A stretch of 48,058 nucleotides of DNA from Octopus bimaculoides (Eukaryota): the NCBI RefSeq assembly GCF_001194135.2, contig NC_068986.1:71168833-71216890 (forward strand), read 5' to 3'. The notes under the pieces were generated by a model. It was not told the DNA's origin, searched no databases, and saw only the letters and a list, made by a program, of their open reading frames with translations. Shown here in pieces: positions 1 to 12,345 of the stretch. The translations under genes and the position numbers were made by a program. Position 1 is the stretch's first letter, and the number at the start of each line of letters is the position of its first letter.

Positions 1-365
1 GATCCAAGGCTCCTTCATTGGAATTTCAATATCGACAATAGGATATTTTGGTATGTACGTATGTATGTATGTATGTATGTATGTATGTATGTACGTACGT
101 AAGTATGTATGTATGTATGTATGCATGTATGTATGTATGTATGTATGTGCAGATTTGTATGTTTTATGTAAGTATTATCATGCATATAGTTGCATATCTA
201 GACATGCTCATATATATTTAAATGGTAAACTTCTGGAAAGTTTTACAGATTTTTACAGTTCCAGAGATGGATTGGATCTGTAGTCTTCGAATTAGCTTTC
301 TCCTTTCTGGTTTTGAGAAGGCAGGTAGGTAGGTAGGTAGGTAGGTAGGTATATATGTGCATGTA

Positions 366-962
366 CGAGGTGTGACAAAATCGAGTGAGCCGAAATTTCG
401 GAGTTACTTTCAACATTTTTTTTGTAGAACTTTAATGGACATGTACCCCACAAAAAGTATTGACTAATCCTTCAGTTTAATAGTAAATTGTTTTATATAC
501 ATAAAGATTGACATAAAAGCATACAGACACATACATACATACATACATATATGCATACATACATACATACATACATACATACATACATACATACATACAT
601 GCATACGTATATACATACATACATACATACATGCATGCATGCATACATACGTACATACATACATACATACATACGTACATACATGCATACATACATACAT
701 GCATGCATACATACGTACATGCATACATACATACATACATACATGCATACATACATACGTACATACATCGTTTCCTTCTTCTCTCTCTCTCTTTCTCTCT
801 GTCTCTCTTTCCCTCTTTCTCTTTTTCTCTCTTCCACTGTCTATGCATTTTTTTTATATATGTACAAGAAACGTACATACATAAACATTTTTCTATATAT
901 GTTCAAGAAGAATGTTGACGGTCACTTTCAAGTTTCGGCTCGCTCGACTTTGTCAGACCGTG
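366..962. mobile_element. Probable Tc1/mariner-derived non-autonomous element (about 60-bp degenerate TIRs) with microsatellite-filled interior
   Basis: TA|CGAGGTGTGACAAAATCGAGTGAGCCGAAA...TCAACATT at the left is reverse-complementary to AATGTTGA...TTTCGGCTCGCTCGACTTTGTCAGACCGTG at the right; TA precedes the left end, the right TSD is degenerate. Confidence 0.55.
523..830. repeat. (TACA)n compound microsatellite followed by a CT-rich tract
   Basis: Direct inspection; source of the MYVC/HTYI pseudo-ORFs. Confidence 0.95.
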
Positions 963-1526
963 TTCATGCATATGTACCTACCTACCTACCTACCTACCTA
1001 CCTACCTACCTACCTNNNNNNNNNNNNNNNNNNNNNNNNNNNNNNNNNNNNNNNNNNNNNNNNNNNNNNNNNNNNNNNNNNNNNNNNNNNNNNNNNNNNN
1101 NNNNNNNNNNNNNNNNNNNNNNNNNNNNNNNNNNNNNNNNNNNNNNNNNNNNNNNNNNNNNNNNNNNNNNNNNNNNNNNNNNNNNNNNNNNNNNNNNNNN
1201 NNNNNNNNNNNNNNNNNNNNNNNNNNNNNNNNNNNNNNNNNNNNNNNNNNNNNNNNNNNNNNNNNNNNNNNNNNNNNNNNNNNNNNNNNNNNNNNNNNNN
1301 NNNNNNNNNNNNNNNNNNNNNNNNNNNNNNNNNNNNNNNNNNNNNNNNNNNNNNNNNNNNNNNNNNNNNNNNNNNNNNNNNNNNNNNNNNNNNNNNNNNN
1401 NNNTATACATGTGTAAGTATATAAAATACACACACACATACACATACATGTGCTGTCATGCATAAATATAAATACATATATAGAAAAATGCATGGACAAT
1501 GAGAGAGAGAAAGGAAAGAAAGAAAT

Positions 1527-1557
<31 letters not shown>

Positions 1558-1827
1558 AGAAAGAGACGATAAGAAAATTGAGATAACTGAACGTTGCTAC
1601 GTTTTGATAGTCGTCGTTCTCCCCATCACTATTCGTGCTTTAATCGTTATATCACTTTCTTGCATATATCTCTGCCTGTGTACCATTCTCAATTTGAGCT
1701 GACATTACAAAATTACATTCCCAACGACATAAGATATACAACCAGTGTTTTCTTGGATGTAATCATCCCTTTAAGAGGTTAATATATCCTCTAATTAACT
1801 TTTATATATATGTGTGTGTGTATTTTT

Positions 1828-2002
1828 GTGTCTGTGTTTGTCCCCTACCACCGTTTGACAACTGGTCTTTGTTTGCTTCCTCGTTATGTAGCGGTTCGGC
1901 AAAAGTGACCGATGGAATACATATCAGTCTTAAAAATGTACTGGGGTAAATTCATTCGGTGCCCCAGTATGGTAGTTGTCTAATGACTGAAACAAGTGAA
2001 AG
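1828..2002 (+). mobile_element. SINE family A, 3' half
   Basis: gtgtctgtgtttgtcccc..agcggttcggcaaaag..atgactgaaacaag aligns with 44935-45130. Confidence 0.7.
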
Positions 2003-2029
2003 TAAAAAAAATATAAACCTATAAAATTT

Positions 2030-3250
2030 CAGTTATTCCATTTGCAAACAAAGAAGATTTTTACCTACATCAGAAAAACAGAAGAGTTATATTCTAACTT
2101 TAAGTTATGCTCCATTATAGACTCTTCCCTCACGTCGATCCCCTTGGTCTTAGAAGAATTATGGATGAGCTCAGAATCTCCAAGGCATAGATGACGTCAA
2201 TTGTATTTGTGAATTTCTCTAATGCATTTCATAGTGTCAACAGAAATACCATTTCCTATTGAAGTGCGACTCCCAGATGGGACTGTCGAAGCCTTCACCG
2301 TCACGTACGAAAACACACTAAGCTTTGTGCAGAGCAGAGATGTTCCAAGTATAGAGTTTCGAACACCAGTAGGAATCATTCAAAGAGACACCCCAGCCAC
2401 TTTTTTCTTTGTAATTATAGTGGACGTTATCCTACGGCAAAATCTTGACCCCATACAATACAAAGGCCTCACCATCAAATAGAAATAATCAAGAGGACAG
2501 TAGATGAAGTATCTTTTTGACCTTAACGATGCTGTTGATCCTGCTCTCAAAAATCATCAACCGTGAGATATACAACACTTGTTAGCATCCCTTGAGAACG
2601 CTGCAGTTATAGTCTATTTCTTTGTGCAAAGAAGAAGGAATATATAACTATCAATGAAAATGAAAATCAACGAATTTGTTCCAACGATGGAACATGATTC
2701 AAGGAAATCAGTAACTTCAAGTACATTGGGTCCTCTATTGCTGACAGTAAGAAAGATTTCTTTTCATGCAAAAGTTTGGAGTGCCAGTAACAAGCTTCAA
2801 AATATCGGTCAACCATAATTTTCCAAATCAAAAAGACTTGTATTCTTCATTGAATTGTTGAGAGAATTCTCTTTTAAGGGGGCGAAACCTGGATAGAGAA
2901 AAAGATACTACAAGATAGCCTTAATAGTGCATATCCAAATTTCACATGATGGCTCAAAAAAATATTCATAGCATGAGCACAAGACCAAAGAGGTGACTTA
3001 TAGACACACATTCCACCTATTATTACTGTTATTTTTCAATGCAGGGTTGGCTTTTCTAGCCACGTTTATCGTGCTGAACAACAGGCCTTATCAGATGTAA
3101 TATTTTGGAGAGTTCGGCCGACTAACAGAGTACAAAGACCATTCAACTCCATTGAATTTACTGGTAGAAATACACAACATGGTATTGATGATCTACAAAA
3201 GCAAATGGGAGATAGGAATATCAGGTGTAGTATTTTGAGAAGCATCTCGA
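2030..3250 (+). mobile_element. Decayed RTE-clade LINE reverse transcriptase fragment
   Basis: Interrupted translations LRRIMDELRISK, IVFVNFSNAFHSVNR, LPDGTVEAFTVTYENT...VGIIQRDTPATFFFVIIVDVILRQ (decayed QGD.L.P motif), LENAA, FKYIGS, GGETW; many stops. Confidence 0.8.
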
Positions 3251-3909
3251 CTGAGGTTACTTGAAAGAGAAGGTACATATTTATGGAAATAAATAAAGCC
3301 GTGTTGATTGGGATTAAATTGATATTCCGTCAGACGAAACTTTATGCCAGCGTCGACATGCATTTTATAAATTTTACCCTGCTTTTAATATTGAGAATCC
3401 ATAATAAATAATCTGTTATTCACAAACTTGCTTTAGGAGAACCTCGAGTTAATACACACGCGCGTGCACGCACACGCACACACACACACTCACATGCAAA
3501 CATGCAAATGATTTGCGGTGCTTGTTTTGGCTCTTTATGTTTAGAGTTCGAACACCGCTGAGTTTAACTTACCCTTTCAGCCCTCCAGTCCTCCAGTGTC
3601 GATTAAATACTATTGTAGGTTTAATCAACTACCTTTCGCCACAGAACTTCACACCTTGCGCTGTGTTAAAAAGTAAGCACCGATTTCTATCAGCCAGGTG
3701 GTACCGCTCCCTATATCGCAAGTCAGCCCTTCCTATCAAAATACAAAGCAAAACGCGTACAAAAATGAGTCTGTGTGTATATATATATATAAAATTAAAA
3801 AAAAAACGAAGGAAAAGACGAGTCCTTCACAGGGGTGTAAAACATCCAAATCACTTGTACGGGAGTTGAATACCACAGAAATATGGGTATAAATACAAAA
3901 TACGAACAA

Positions 3910-4480
3910 TAGATTAAACAGAGAAATACGAATGACAATCTAACAATTTATTACGTTATAATATAAATATAATATAAGATAATATAACCAATTTTAAGCA
4001 AAAAAAAAACAAAAAACAAAACAAATAAAGCCAACAGTTTGTTTCGACTTTGTATACATTATTTAAGTTATAAACAATTCATATCTATGTATACGAGTCT
4101 CTTCAGGGCCTTGGTTCAAAAGACAGACGAAATTCCATGTAAAAGGATTGTCAGATTGCATGGTACTGATTCAAAATACCTATGTTTAGGAGCGTGAGCG
4201 TTAACAATTCAAAACATAAGTACAACAAAAGAACAACAAAATTCAAATGGATAAATTAAGTAAAAAAAATTTATAACGGTCAAAAAAGGTTTTTATATAT
4301 CTCCAATATTTTTTTTATATATCTCCAATAATATTAATCTAAATGTTGGCTTTATTTGGCTTTTTTTACAAAAATTGGTTATATTATCTATCTTATCTTA
4401 TATTATATTTATAGTATATTATATTACATTATAATTTGATAAATTGTTAGATTTTCAAGTGTATTTCTCTATTTAATTTA
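3910..4480. mobile_element. Foldback element: inverted arms ~3910-4036 / 4344-~4480 with an HHR at the inner edge of the left arm
   Basis: caaataaagccaaca (4022-4036) vs tgttggctttatttg (4344-4358); attaaacagagaaatac vs gtatttctctatttaat; AT-rich arms align with indels. Confidence 0.7.
4027..4112 (-). ncRNA. Type I hammerhead ribozyme motif
   Basis: Minus strand: AAGGCC-CTGAAGA-G[ACTCGTATACAT...ATGTATACAAAGT]C-GAA-AC(AAACT)GT-T-GGCTTT. 6-bp stem I, long stem II, intact core, predicted cleavage after GUU. Confidence 0.75.
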
Positions 4481-4531
4481 TTATTTGTAATATACAGACA
4501 CACACTCGCGCGCGCACGCACACAAACAAAC

Positions 4532-4612
<81 letters not shown>

Positions 4613-5221
4613 TGTGTGTATGTGTGTGTGTGTATTTGTGTATGTATATATATCTAAGACAGGTGAAGTCACACTGAACGTCGAGTTGCACATTTCCCAG
4701 TTTCTTAAAATGTTAAAAATCAACGAATACACCACTTCTTTCGCTATCCGACTTCATCAAAACCGGCATTCTGAAATTAACACATTTCATCAAATACCAT
4801 AGCAACAGAAATGACGATATATTTAACACAATTACAACACTCTCTTCGTAATGTCTACTTAGGAAACAGGTCCGTAGGCATCAGTATCCATGTACGCTGC
4901 CCACTTGACAGACAATCCGTGGGACAAACAAGTGCCCATATATCTATGTAGTATATCTCCTACAGTTGACTAAATATCAGGTGAGGGCTACATCGGCAGC
5001 ATGATTCGACCTTTGCACACCTGGATGAAGAAACAATACACGTGCCATCGTTTCGGAAACATATAATAAAATGTGGGAACACTAGTAACAATATATATCT
5101 GATACCATTCTGTTCATTGAACACAACGTAGGTAATAAGCGAGAGAGAAATAATTCTTGTAAAAATAAATCCTCATAAATAACGCAGAGTTAGACCAAGC
5201 CCACTGGCTAATGTAACACAA

Positions 5222-5234
5222 CAATAACAGCAGC

Positions 5235-5309
<75 letters not shown>
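5222..5309. repeat. (CAA)n(CTA)n compound trinucleotide microsatellite
   Basis: Direct inspection. Confidence 0.95.
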
Positions 5310-5633
5310 AGCTGACTCTGCTCCTGCAGCTGACACTACTACTGTAGCAATGAATGTGGACACGGGGCTTAATAAATATCCTTCCATAACAACCAAAGGG
5401 ACGTATATGCCATTGATATTTCTTTAACTGCTTTCCTCTGTTGATGGGTATTTTACTAGAAATGCAAATAATTATTAGATTATCTCAAAGGTAACACTTA
5501 AATACTTTGCTGCTAATTTAATATTGATATATTCTTTTGCATTGCGAGAAACCGACTAAACATGAATTCTCAGATACCACAAGGCTTGAAGCGCATTTAC
5601 AACGCTTTCATGCCCTCACATACACACACACGC

Positions 5634-5678
<45 letters not shown>

Positions 5679-5725
5679 CACACACACACAAACACACATA
5701 CACATCCAATATATGNNNNNNNNNN

Positions 5726-5772
<47 letters not shown>

Positions 5773-6240
5773 CGCACATACAGAGAGATTGAGAGAGAGA
5801 GGGAGAGAAAGAGAGACAAAAAGAATGAGAGAGAGAGAGAGAGAGAGAGAAGGAGGCAGTATGTTTGAAGGGTTAAGAAGTTTATTCACAAAATTGATAT
5901 GCCGAGTTAGAGTACACTCGCTGATATTTTGGGCAAGTATGTTTTTATTATACCCTTGCGTAAACCCAAACGTTGTCAGTGAAATCTAGTAGACAGAAAC
6001 TGTGTTGAAGCTTATCTGATGGGTCGTACATGTAATTCAAAGACCTGACTTGTGAAACAGTGTTGAACGTTGCATTAAGAGCTTGTGGAGTGCTCAGCTA
6101 CGTCCATGCTAATTCATTGAGAAGGAATTTCATTTTATCGATCAACTGTTTCTTATGGTCAGAAACATACATACACGCACACACACACACATACATAATA
6201 CATAGATACACGCATACACACACGCACGTACATACAACAT

Positions 6241-6272
<32 letters not shown>

Positions 6273-6392
6273 ACATACATACATGCCTACTTACACACGC
6301 GCAGTTACAGATATGCATGCAGGTATTCGTACATACATACATGCATGCATACATACATACATACATACATACATACATACATACATACATAC

Positions 6393-6887
6393 ATACAAAT
6401 ATTCTATAATTATAAACATAATTATAATCAGGATTCAGCTAATTGCTTCGCCACGCACCGAATTTAGAAATAGGAGTTAATTGCCTTTTCTACTACCATA
6501 AAGATCTCCTAGACAGTAATACACTTTTTTACGTAGGCTGTATATTTTTGGAAGTGTTGGTTGAATATCAGTTATGCGATGGCGTTTGATCGCGTACATA
6601 TTTAATCCTAACACTCTCAAATTTATATTTCGAAATGCTGCACTGAAGATGAGAAATAAGTTAGTAAATATAACTTTACTTTAATCTCGAAATGCGTATG
6701 TAGCTAATCTGAGTCGTGTGGATTCGTTATTTTTTCTTTTTGCCTACGTAAAACAGTGTGTTACTATCTGGGAGATCTTTATGGTAGAAGAAAAGGCATT
6801 TAACTCCTATTTCTAAATTTGGTGCGTGGCGAAGCAATTAGCTGACTCCTGATTATAATTATGTGTATAATTATAGAATATTTGTAT
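6393..6887. mobile_element. Foldback element: 146-bp inverted arms 6393-6538 / 6742-6887 with an HHR in the spacer
   Basis: Arms align without gaps, about 9 substitutions counted by eye (atacaaatattctataattata...tacgtaggc vs gcctacgta...tagaatatttgtat). Confidence 0.88.
6637..6704 (+). ncRNA. Type I hammerhead ribozyme motif (minimal stem III)
   Basis: GCTGCA-CTGAAGA-T-[GAGA...AAGTTA gtaaata TAACTT...TCTC]-GAA-ATGCGT-A-TGTAGC. 6-bp stem I with one G-U pair, GUA site; stem III looks like the palindrome ACGCGT with one C>T change. Confidence 0.75.
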
Positions 6888-7379
6888 AATTTTACTTAAA
6901 AAGGTTATTTTAAGGTATCGAACTACCTGGTAAAATTATTAATTAGTAATTAATTAATTAATTAATTTTACCCTTTTATTACTATACATACATGCATACA
7001 TATATTGTACGTAAAGAGATTTCTTATATGTTTTTCTACATGTATATCTATGCAGCTCCAAATGGTAAAGGAACATATGTAGTATGTTATAAATATACCG
7101 AAATTTTTCCAATTTTCTGTTTTAATACTCTCTCACACATACACACACACACACATACACACATATAATGCATGCACACTTGCGCGCGCACACACACACA
7201 CTCACACTCACAAATTATCGCGTACTCACACACATATATACTGCAACGCCGTTATAATTTAAATATTCTACTACAATAGGATAATGGGAGAAAAATATAA
7301 CACTAAAAATTAACGTAATTCAAGAATTAAAGATCAACGTACTTACAAATTCCAGAAAATCTTACAAAATCAAAAGAAG

Positions 7380-7853
7380 AGTAACAAGCATTTGAATGTT
7401 GACAGAAAGATTCTTCTATAGCCATTAGTAAAAAAAAAAGCTGATAAAGTAAGGTTCATTGTAGTAATGGACAAAACCCATTATGGGGAGTTGGTCTTAA
7501 AACCATGAAATGATCTCCAGAAATTAGAAACCAATGCAGATAAATAGTCAATGAACAAAAGCGGTAAATTAAGCAACAAGTTGGAAAATAATTTAACGGA
7601 AAAGAAGGTATTTAAATAATTACGGGATAAAAAATATGGCAACTTTTATGCATTATCAGAAATTCATAAATCTAAAGAAATCTACGATAGCTTAATGGAC
7701 TTCCATTAAGCAAACTGTCTGATTTAAAATTATGCCCTAATATTGCAGGATCAATTTCAAACATTCAACGATTAAGCAATATATATTGGTCATCATATTG
7801 AAACTATTATGCACATCCGTTCATAGTTTCATGAGAGATAATATGAGCTTTTA
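7380..7853 (+). mobile_element. Decayed Penelope-like RT, N-terminal fragment
   Basis: KADKVRFIVVMDKTHY, GNFYALSEIHKSKEI, LKLCPNIAGS and SVHSFMRDN correspond to the PLE motifs KADKG..V.MD, Y.LPKIHK, LRPI and SY.RD; ends at a gap. Confidence 0.75.
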
Positions 7854-7875
7854 AANNNNNNNNNNNNNNNNNNNN

Positions 7876-7907
<32 letters not shown>

Positions 7908-9256
7908 AGAGAGAGAGAGAGAGAGACTCACCCACACGTTCATATGTATATATGTATGCGTGCGTATGTGTATGTGTGTAATTGCACGGAGACCTGTTGT
8001 TGTACGGACAGAATATATTACGCAGGTGCCGGGTATATATCAATAGAAATTAATTTTTGTTAAATTTAAGTGAACTTTTATGGAGTACTTTTTACCTACA
8101 GTAATATTTGCATAGATATTTATAGAAACACATCTAGTATTGGATTTTCCCAAATTTCTTTGATGGGTGAAACTTCTGTGTCTGTTGAACGCGTTAATTT
8201 TGTGGCTTAAAAATACAATGTGTTTCGTTTTAATTCATATATTTTCTTGTAATTCCGAATTAATATGTGATACATAAAAAAGCAGTTTTAACAGAACTGT
8301 GTTTCATTCTGAAGGGGCTGGATGTAGAAAGTTCTTGTTCAACGCTTTGGCACCCGGATTAAAAGGTGCTGGCTTGGGGTAGTATATAACCATGCAACAT
8401 AGACCTGTGAGAGAAACATGGTCTTACTAGTTCAAGTCCAGCAATCCTAACTGGCTTTTCATGAGATTTCTTAATATCCCAACAGAATTCGCAAATCCCT
8501 TCAGTCGACTAAAATTCCTTATCATAATCTGCATCTCAAAATGGAAACAACTATTATGTTACTATGCAATTTTGCTGTAATGATACTAGACTAACTGGTA
8601 AAACTCATATGCCTCATGTGATATAAGCCACCATTATAACTGATTGTATCAGCTCTGAAGCCATTGTACTTCCAAACATTCGTCTCATCTCACCAAATGT
8701 CATTTCAGCTCAAGTATCTTCTGTTTCTAATGAAGTTTGTTTTTGTTTATAACAAACATAGGCTCATTGGAAACTGAAGATAAAACCTTTTCTACTTTGC
8801 ATACTAGTAGTTTCTATCACACAGGGAATAAGGATTTGGACAGTTATTCTTATACAGTTAGATCCAAATGGCATAGCCATATAAAAGATGAAAAGATGTT
8901 GCAGATTGTGAGTAGGGGGACCTCAGTAGCCTAAAGGGAATTGAGAGAAATTCTTTTCGATTGTTGGTTGAATTATTACAATAAAAAACAGTGTAAACTG
9001 ACTTGTGTGATTGGATTCAGATTGTACTTTTCGATGGTAGATTTAAAACCCTGCTCAATGTCATTTTTGGGTGTCAGGATGACTCGTTCACAAAATCACT
9101 CTTGGTTTCTCTATTGCTGCAAGAGGTTAGAAATAACTTTTAGTAGCATTTCTTGAGATGTGTTGAGCGCTTCACAATGTTTGGTATTTTGATATTTCCA
9201 CTTTTAGTGTCACTCAGTCTCTTGGACATCTGACGTGAGGCAACTAAGGGAACTAA

Positions 9257-9452
9257 GGTGGCGAGCTGGCAGAATCGTTAGCATGCCGGGCAATATACTT
9301 AGAGGCATTCCATCTGTCTCCATGCTCTGAGTTCAAATTCTGCCGAGGGCTACTTGACCTTTTATCCTTTCGGGGTCAACAAAATATGTAGCAGTTGAGC
9401 TCTGGAGTTGATTTAATCCAAAATTGCTAGCCTTGTACTAACATTTGAAACC
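9257..9452 (+). mobile_element. tRNA-derived SINE (family B)
   Basis: GGTGGCGAGCTGGCAGAATCGTTAG (A-box-like)..GAGTTCAAATTC (B-box-like)..cctttcggggtc. Confidence 0.75.
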
Positions 9453-9551
9453 AATATTTTTAATGCTTTATCTCATTTATATATTACTCAGTATCTTGAT
9501 GCTTATATTATTTAGATTTTACGGATATTTCTCCTCATCTTGCTTGTTGTT

Positions 9552-9597
9552 AACACAACGTTTCGGCTGATATACTCTCCAGCTTTCATCAGGTGTC
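9552..9597 (-). ncRNA. Minimal type I hammerhead motif with a 4-nt palindromic stem III (dimer type)
   Basis: Minus strand: GACAC-CTGATGA-AA[GCTG gagagtatat CAGC]C-GAA-ACGT-T-GTGTT. 5-bp stem I; the closing pair of stem II is an A-C mismatch in this copy. Confidence 0.65.
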
Positions 9598-9646
9598 CTG
9601 GGGAAATTTCGAACCTGGGTTCTCATTCCTAAGATATTTTTCGATG

Positions 9647-9647
9647 A

Positions 9648-9681
<34 letters not shown>

Positions 9682-9700
9682 GCTGTTATTGTTATTGTTA

Positions 9701-9753
<53 letters not shown>

Positions 9754-9781
9754 ATTATTATTATTATTATTATTATTATTA
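9647..9781. repeat. (GTT)n grading into (ATT)n
   Basis: Direct inspection; lies between the HHR at 9552-9597 and the R4/Dong 3' end. Confidence 0.95.
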
Positions 9782-10147
9782 TGTGCTTTCACTTCACTAC
9801 CGAGCGCAGCTCTGTGCGCCTTGGGTATGTGCTGTGGTTTGCTGTGGTGCTCTTATGGTTACTGTTTTGAAAGTGCTTTGCGTAGGATGTGTACAGTACC
9901 CAGTAGTGCAATTTTCTGTATGTTATATATATTGGTTAGTCCTGGTGTTTTTGTCTGAATATTTTTTTATTATATCTAAGGCATCTACTATGATAGGAAT
10001 TGTTTCTGTTTTTAGATTCCACATTCGAGTTACCTCTATTTCCAGGTCTTTGTATTTTGAAAGTTTCTCTATTTCTTTTAGGGAAACGTTTTTCCTTCAT
10101 GATCTTTGGCAAATATATCTGATCTATCTGTGTGTATTGGCATATCC

Positions 10148-10148
<1 letters not shown>
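9782..10148 (-). mobile_element. 3' end of an R4/Dong-like (restriction-like endonuclease) LINE, flanked by (TAA)n on both sides
   Basis: Minus-strand WDMPIHTDR..DIFAKDH and EKLSKYKDLEIEVTRMWNLKTETIPIIV.AL; the 3' UTR ends ...GTAGTGAAGTGAAAGCAC then (ATA)n. Confidence 0.8.
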
Positions 10149-10206
<58 letters not shown>

Positions 10207-10212
<6 letters not shown>

Positions 10213-10286
10213 TCACTGCTTGGAATCGAACTCTAAATATTGGGGTTAGTAGTTCGCGCTCTTAACCAATACGCCATATGTCCGTG
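10207..10286 (-). mobile_element. Short tRNA-derived SINE head with an (AAT)n tail
   Basis: Minus strand: TGGCGTATTGG (A box)...GTTCGATTCC (B box)...CCTG then (AAT)n; no complete acceptor stem. Confidence 0.7.
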
Positions 10287-11378
10287 TGCATATTGGACAT
10301 GTGAATGGATCTTTTAAAGATTTATTGTACAATCTATGCATGTGCATATAGTGTGTCTATGTGTTTAGGAAAGTGTGCATTTTTATGTGTATATATGTAT
10401 TTGTTTGTATATGTGTGCGTGTATTTGTGCAAGTATATACATGTGCTTTTACAGGCTTTTGTCTATATGCATATACATTTTTTATGTATATATATTTATG
10501 TGTGTGTGTGAGAGATGTTTTGGCAAAGAATGTCGTTCATTCCATTTTCTGTTATTTATGTTTCCTTTTCTCTGTATGTGTATATATATATACACACATA
10601 TACATAGTCTTATATATGTGTATATATTGTATAAATATGCATGTATGTGTGAGTATCTCTCTATATATGCATACGTATATGCGTGTTTGTATGTGGGTAA
10701 ATAAGAGTATTTCTGTATATGTATTTACATATCTTTGTATTATCTTTGCAACGGGGCGACGTAACTAATTGTTAGTGGGAATACCCAGCAGGCATGTCTG
10801 ATTTGTCTCTTATCTGTTTATGGCCATCATTTAAATTCCAGCAGTTCTTGGAACTTGAGGGAATAAACACATATATTCATTGCTTTATTGCTTACGCCTC
10901 TCTAAGTTCTTCATATGATAGAAAATCTTTATAAAATCAGGCTACTTAGTGCAGGAAATGTGTTTTAATGTTTCCTAAGTAAAGCAGTTCAAAAGCGCTG
11001 AAGAAGCTGGGGTAGTATAGGGCATTACTCTTTACATTCTAACAGCTGTAAGTTGACGAATAACTTTGATAGCTTCGTTTTCCTTTATTAGTTATGCCTT
11101 AAAATATAAATTTACATTTCGTAGTTGCGTGTATTTTTATTTAGAGTCGAGGCTTACCGTGATATGAAACCGCTGATCTTTGGGTGCTCGAGCAGACAAA
11201 TACATATATTGAGATCTAATTACTGTTTGTATGTCTTGCTATGTCAAAGGAGAATTTTGATATATATAATACATATATACATTCATACACACACACACAC
11301 ATGCAATTATCTATAAAGTAACACCCGTTATCATAACATGTATACACACACGTACACACACACACATATAGACCATAA

Positions 11379-11509
11379 GCTTCTTTCAGTTTCCGTCTAA
11401 TAAATCTATTAAAAAAGCTTTAGCTGAAGACACTTGCTCACGCAGTGGTATTGAACCCGAAGCCATGTGGATGGGATACAAACTTCTTACCACTCAACCG
11501 TGGCTGCGC
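11379..11509 (-). mobile_element. SINE family A, 5' half
   Basis: gcttctttcagtttccgtcta..gaagacacttgc..gaacccgaagccatgtgg..cttcttaccac is the reverse complement of the 44730-44890 head. Confidence 0.75.
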
Positions 11510-11523
11510 ATGCATTTATAACT

Positions 11524-11588
<65 letters not shown>

Positions 11589-12308
11589 GCCCATTGTCGA
11601 AATTGTTCAAACAAATTAGACAGTATATAAGTGACACATATATTTATACGAAAAGCAATGTATTGGGGAAATGACTGACTCATATACAAGTGCACGCGGC
11701 CATATATGCCACAAATACACACAGCGAACGTGTAGAGTGTTGAAAGTAGGAAACATTTCTAACGGTGGGTAACTACCATTAGAAATGGAAATATAGCGCT
11801 TCGTTACATGGAAAAATAGGGCATGATGAAGTCTTTTGAATTTCACAATTGGTAAGCAGGTATACATACATGTGTGTGTGTGTATGTGTATGCGTGTGCG
11901 TGTGTATGTGTGTATGTGTTTGTGTATGTGTGTACATGTGCGTGTATCACAGAGAATGTAAAAATATGCAGCGGTTTTAGAAGTATCGTTGTGTAATAGT
12001 AAGCACACATTAATTGGTAGTATGCATGAGTAATTTAGCAAAAACTGTTAAAGGTATTCCGCCGTCTCCATACACACACCTGCGCGCGCGCGCACACATA
12101 CTGTGCTGTATGTGCACACAGACATAGATATCCACAAATAAAGTATATATATATATATATATATNNNNNNNNNNNNNNNNNNNNNNNNNNNNNNNNNNNN
12201 NNNNNNNNNNNNNNNNNNNNNNNNNNNNNNNNNNNNNNNNNNNNNNNNNNNNNNNNNNNNNNNNNNNNNNNNNNNNNNNNNNNNNNNNNNNNNNNNNNNN
12301 NNNNNNNN

Positions 12309-12345
<37 letters not shown>

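Noticed and set aside
53-1499. Long ORFs of MYVC/HTYI/CVCV/poly-X type here and throughout the ORF track
   Set aside because: Stop-free translations of microsatellites or N gaps; no coding signal.
5021-5076. CTGGATGAA-GAAAC...GTTTC-GGAAAC hammerhead-like string
   Set aside because: Extra base in the core, G at the cleavage position and no stem I; too degenerate to call.
9589-9958. Poly-Asn / poly-Leu ORFs
   Set aside because: Translations of the (GTT)n(ATT)n tract.
10207-10286. Possible tRNA gene
   Set aside because: A and B boxes are present but there is no full cloverleaf or acceptor stem, and it ends in an (AAT)n tail: SINE head.
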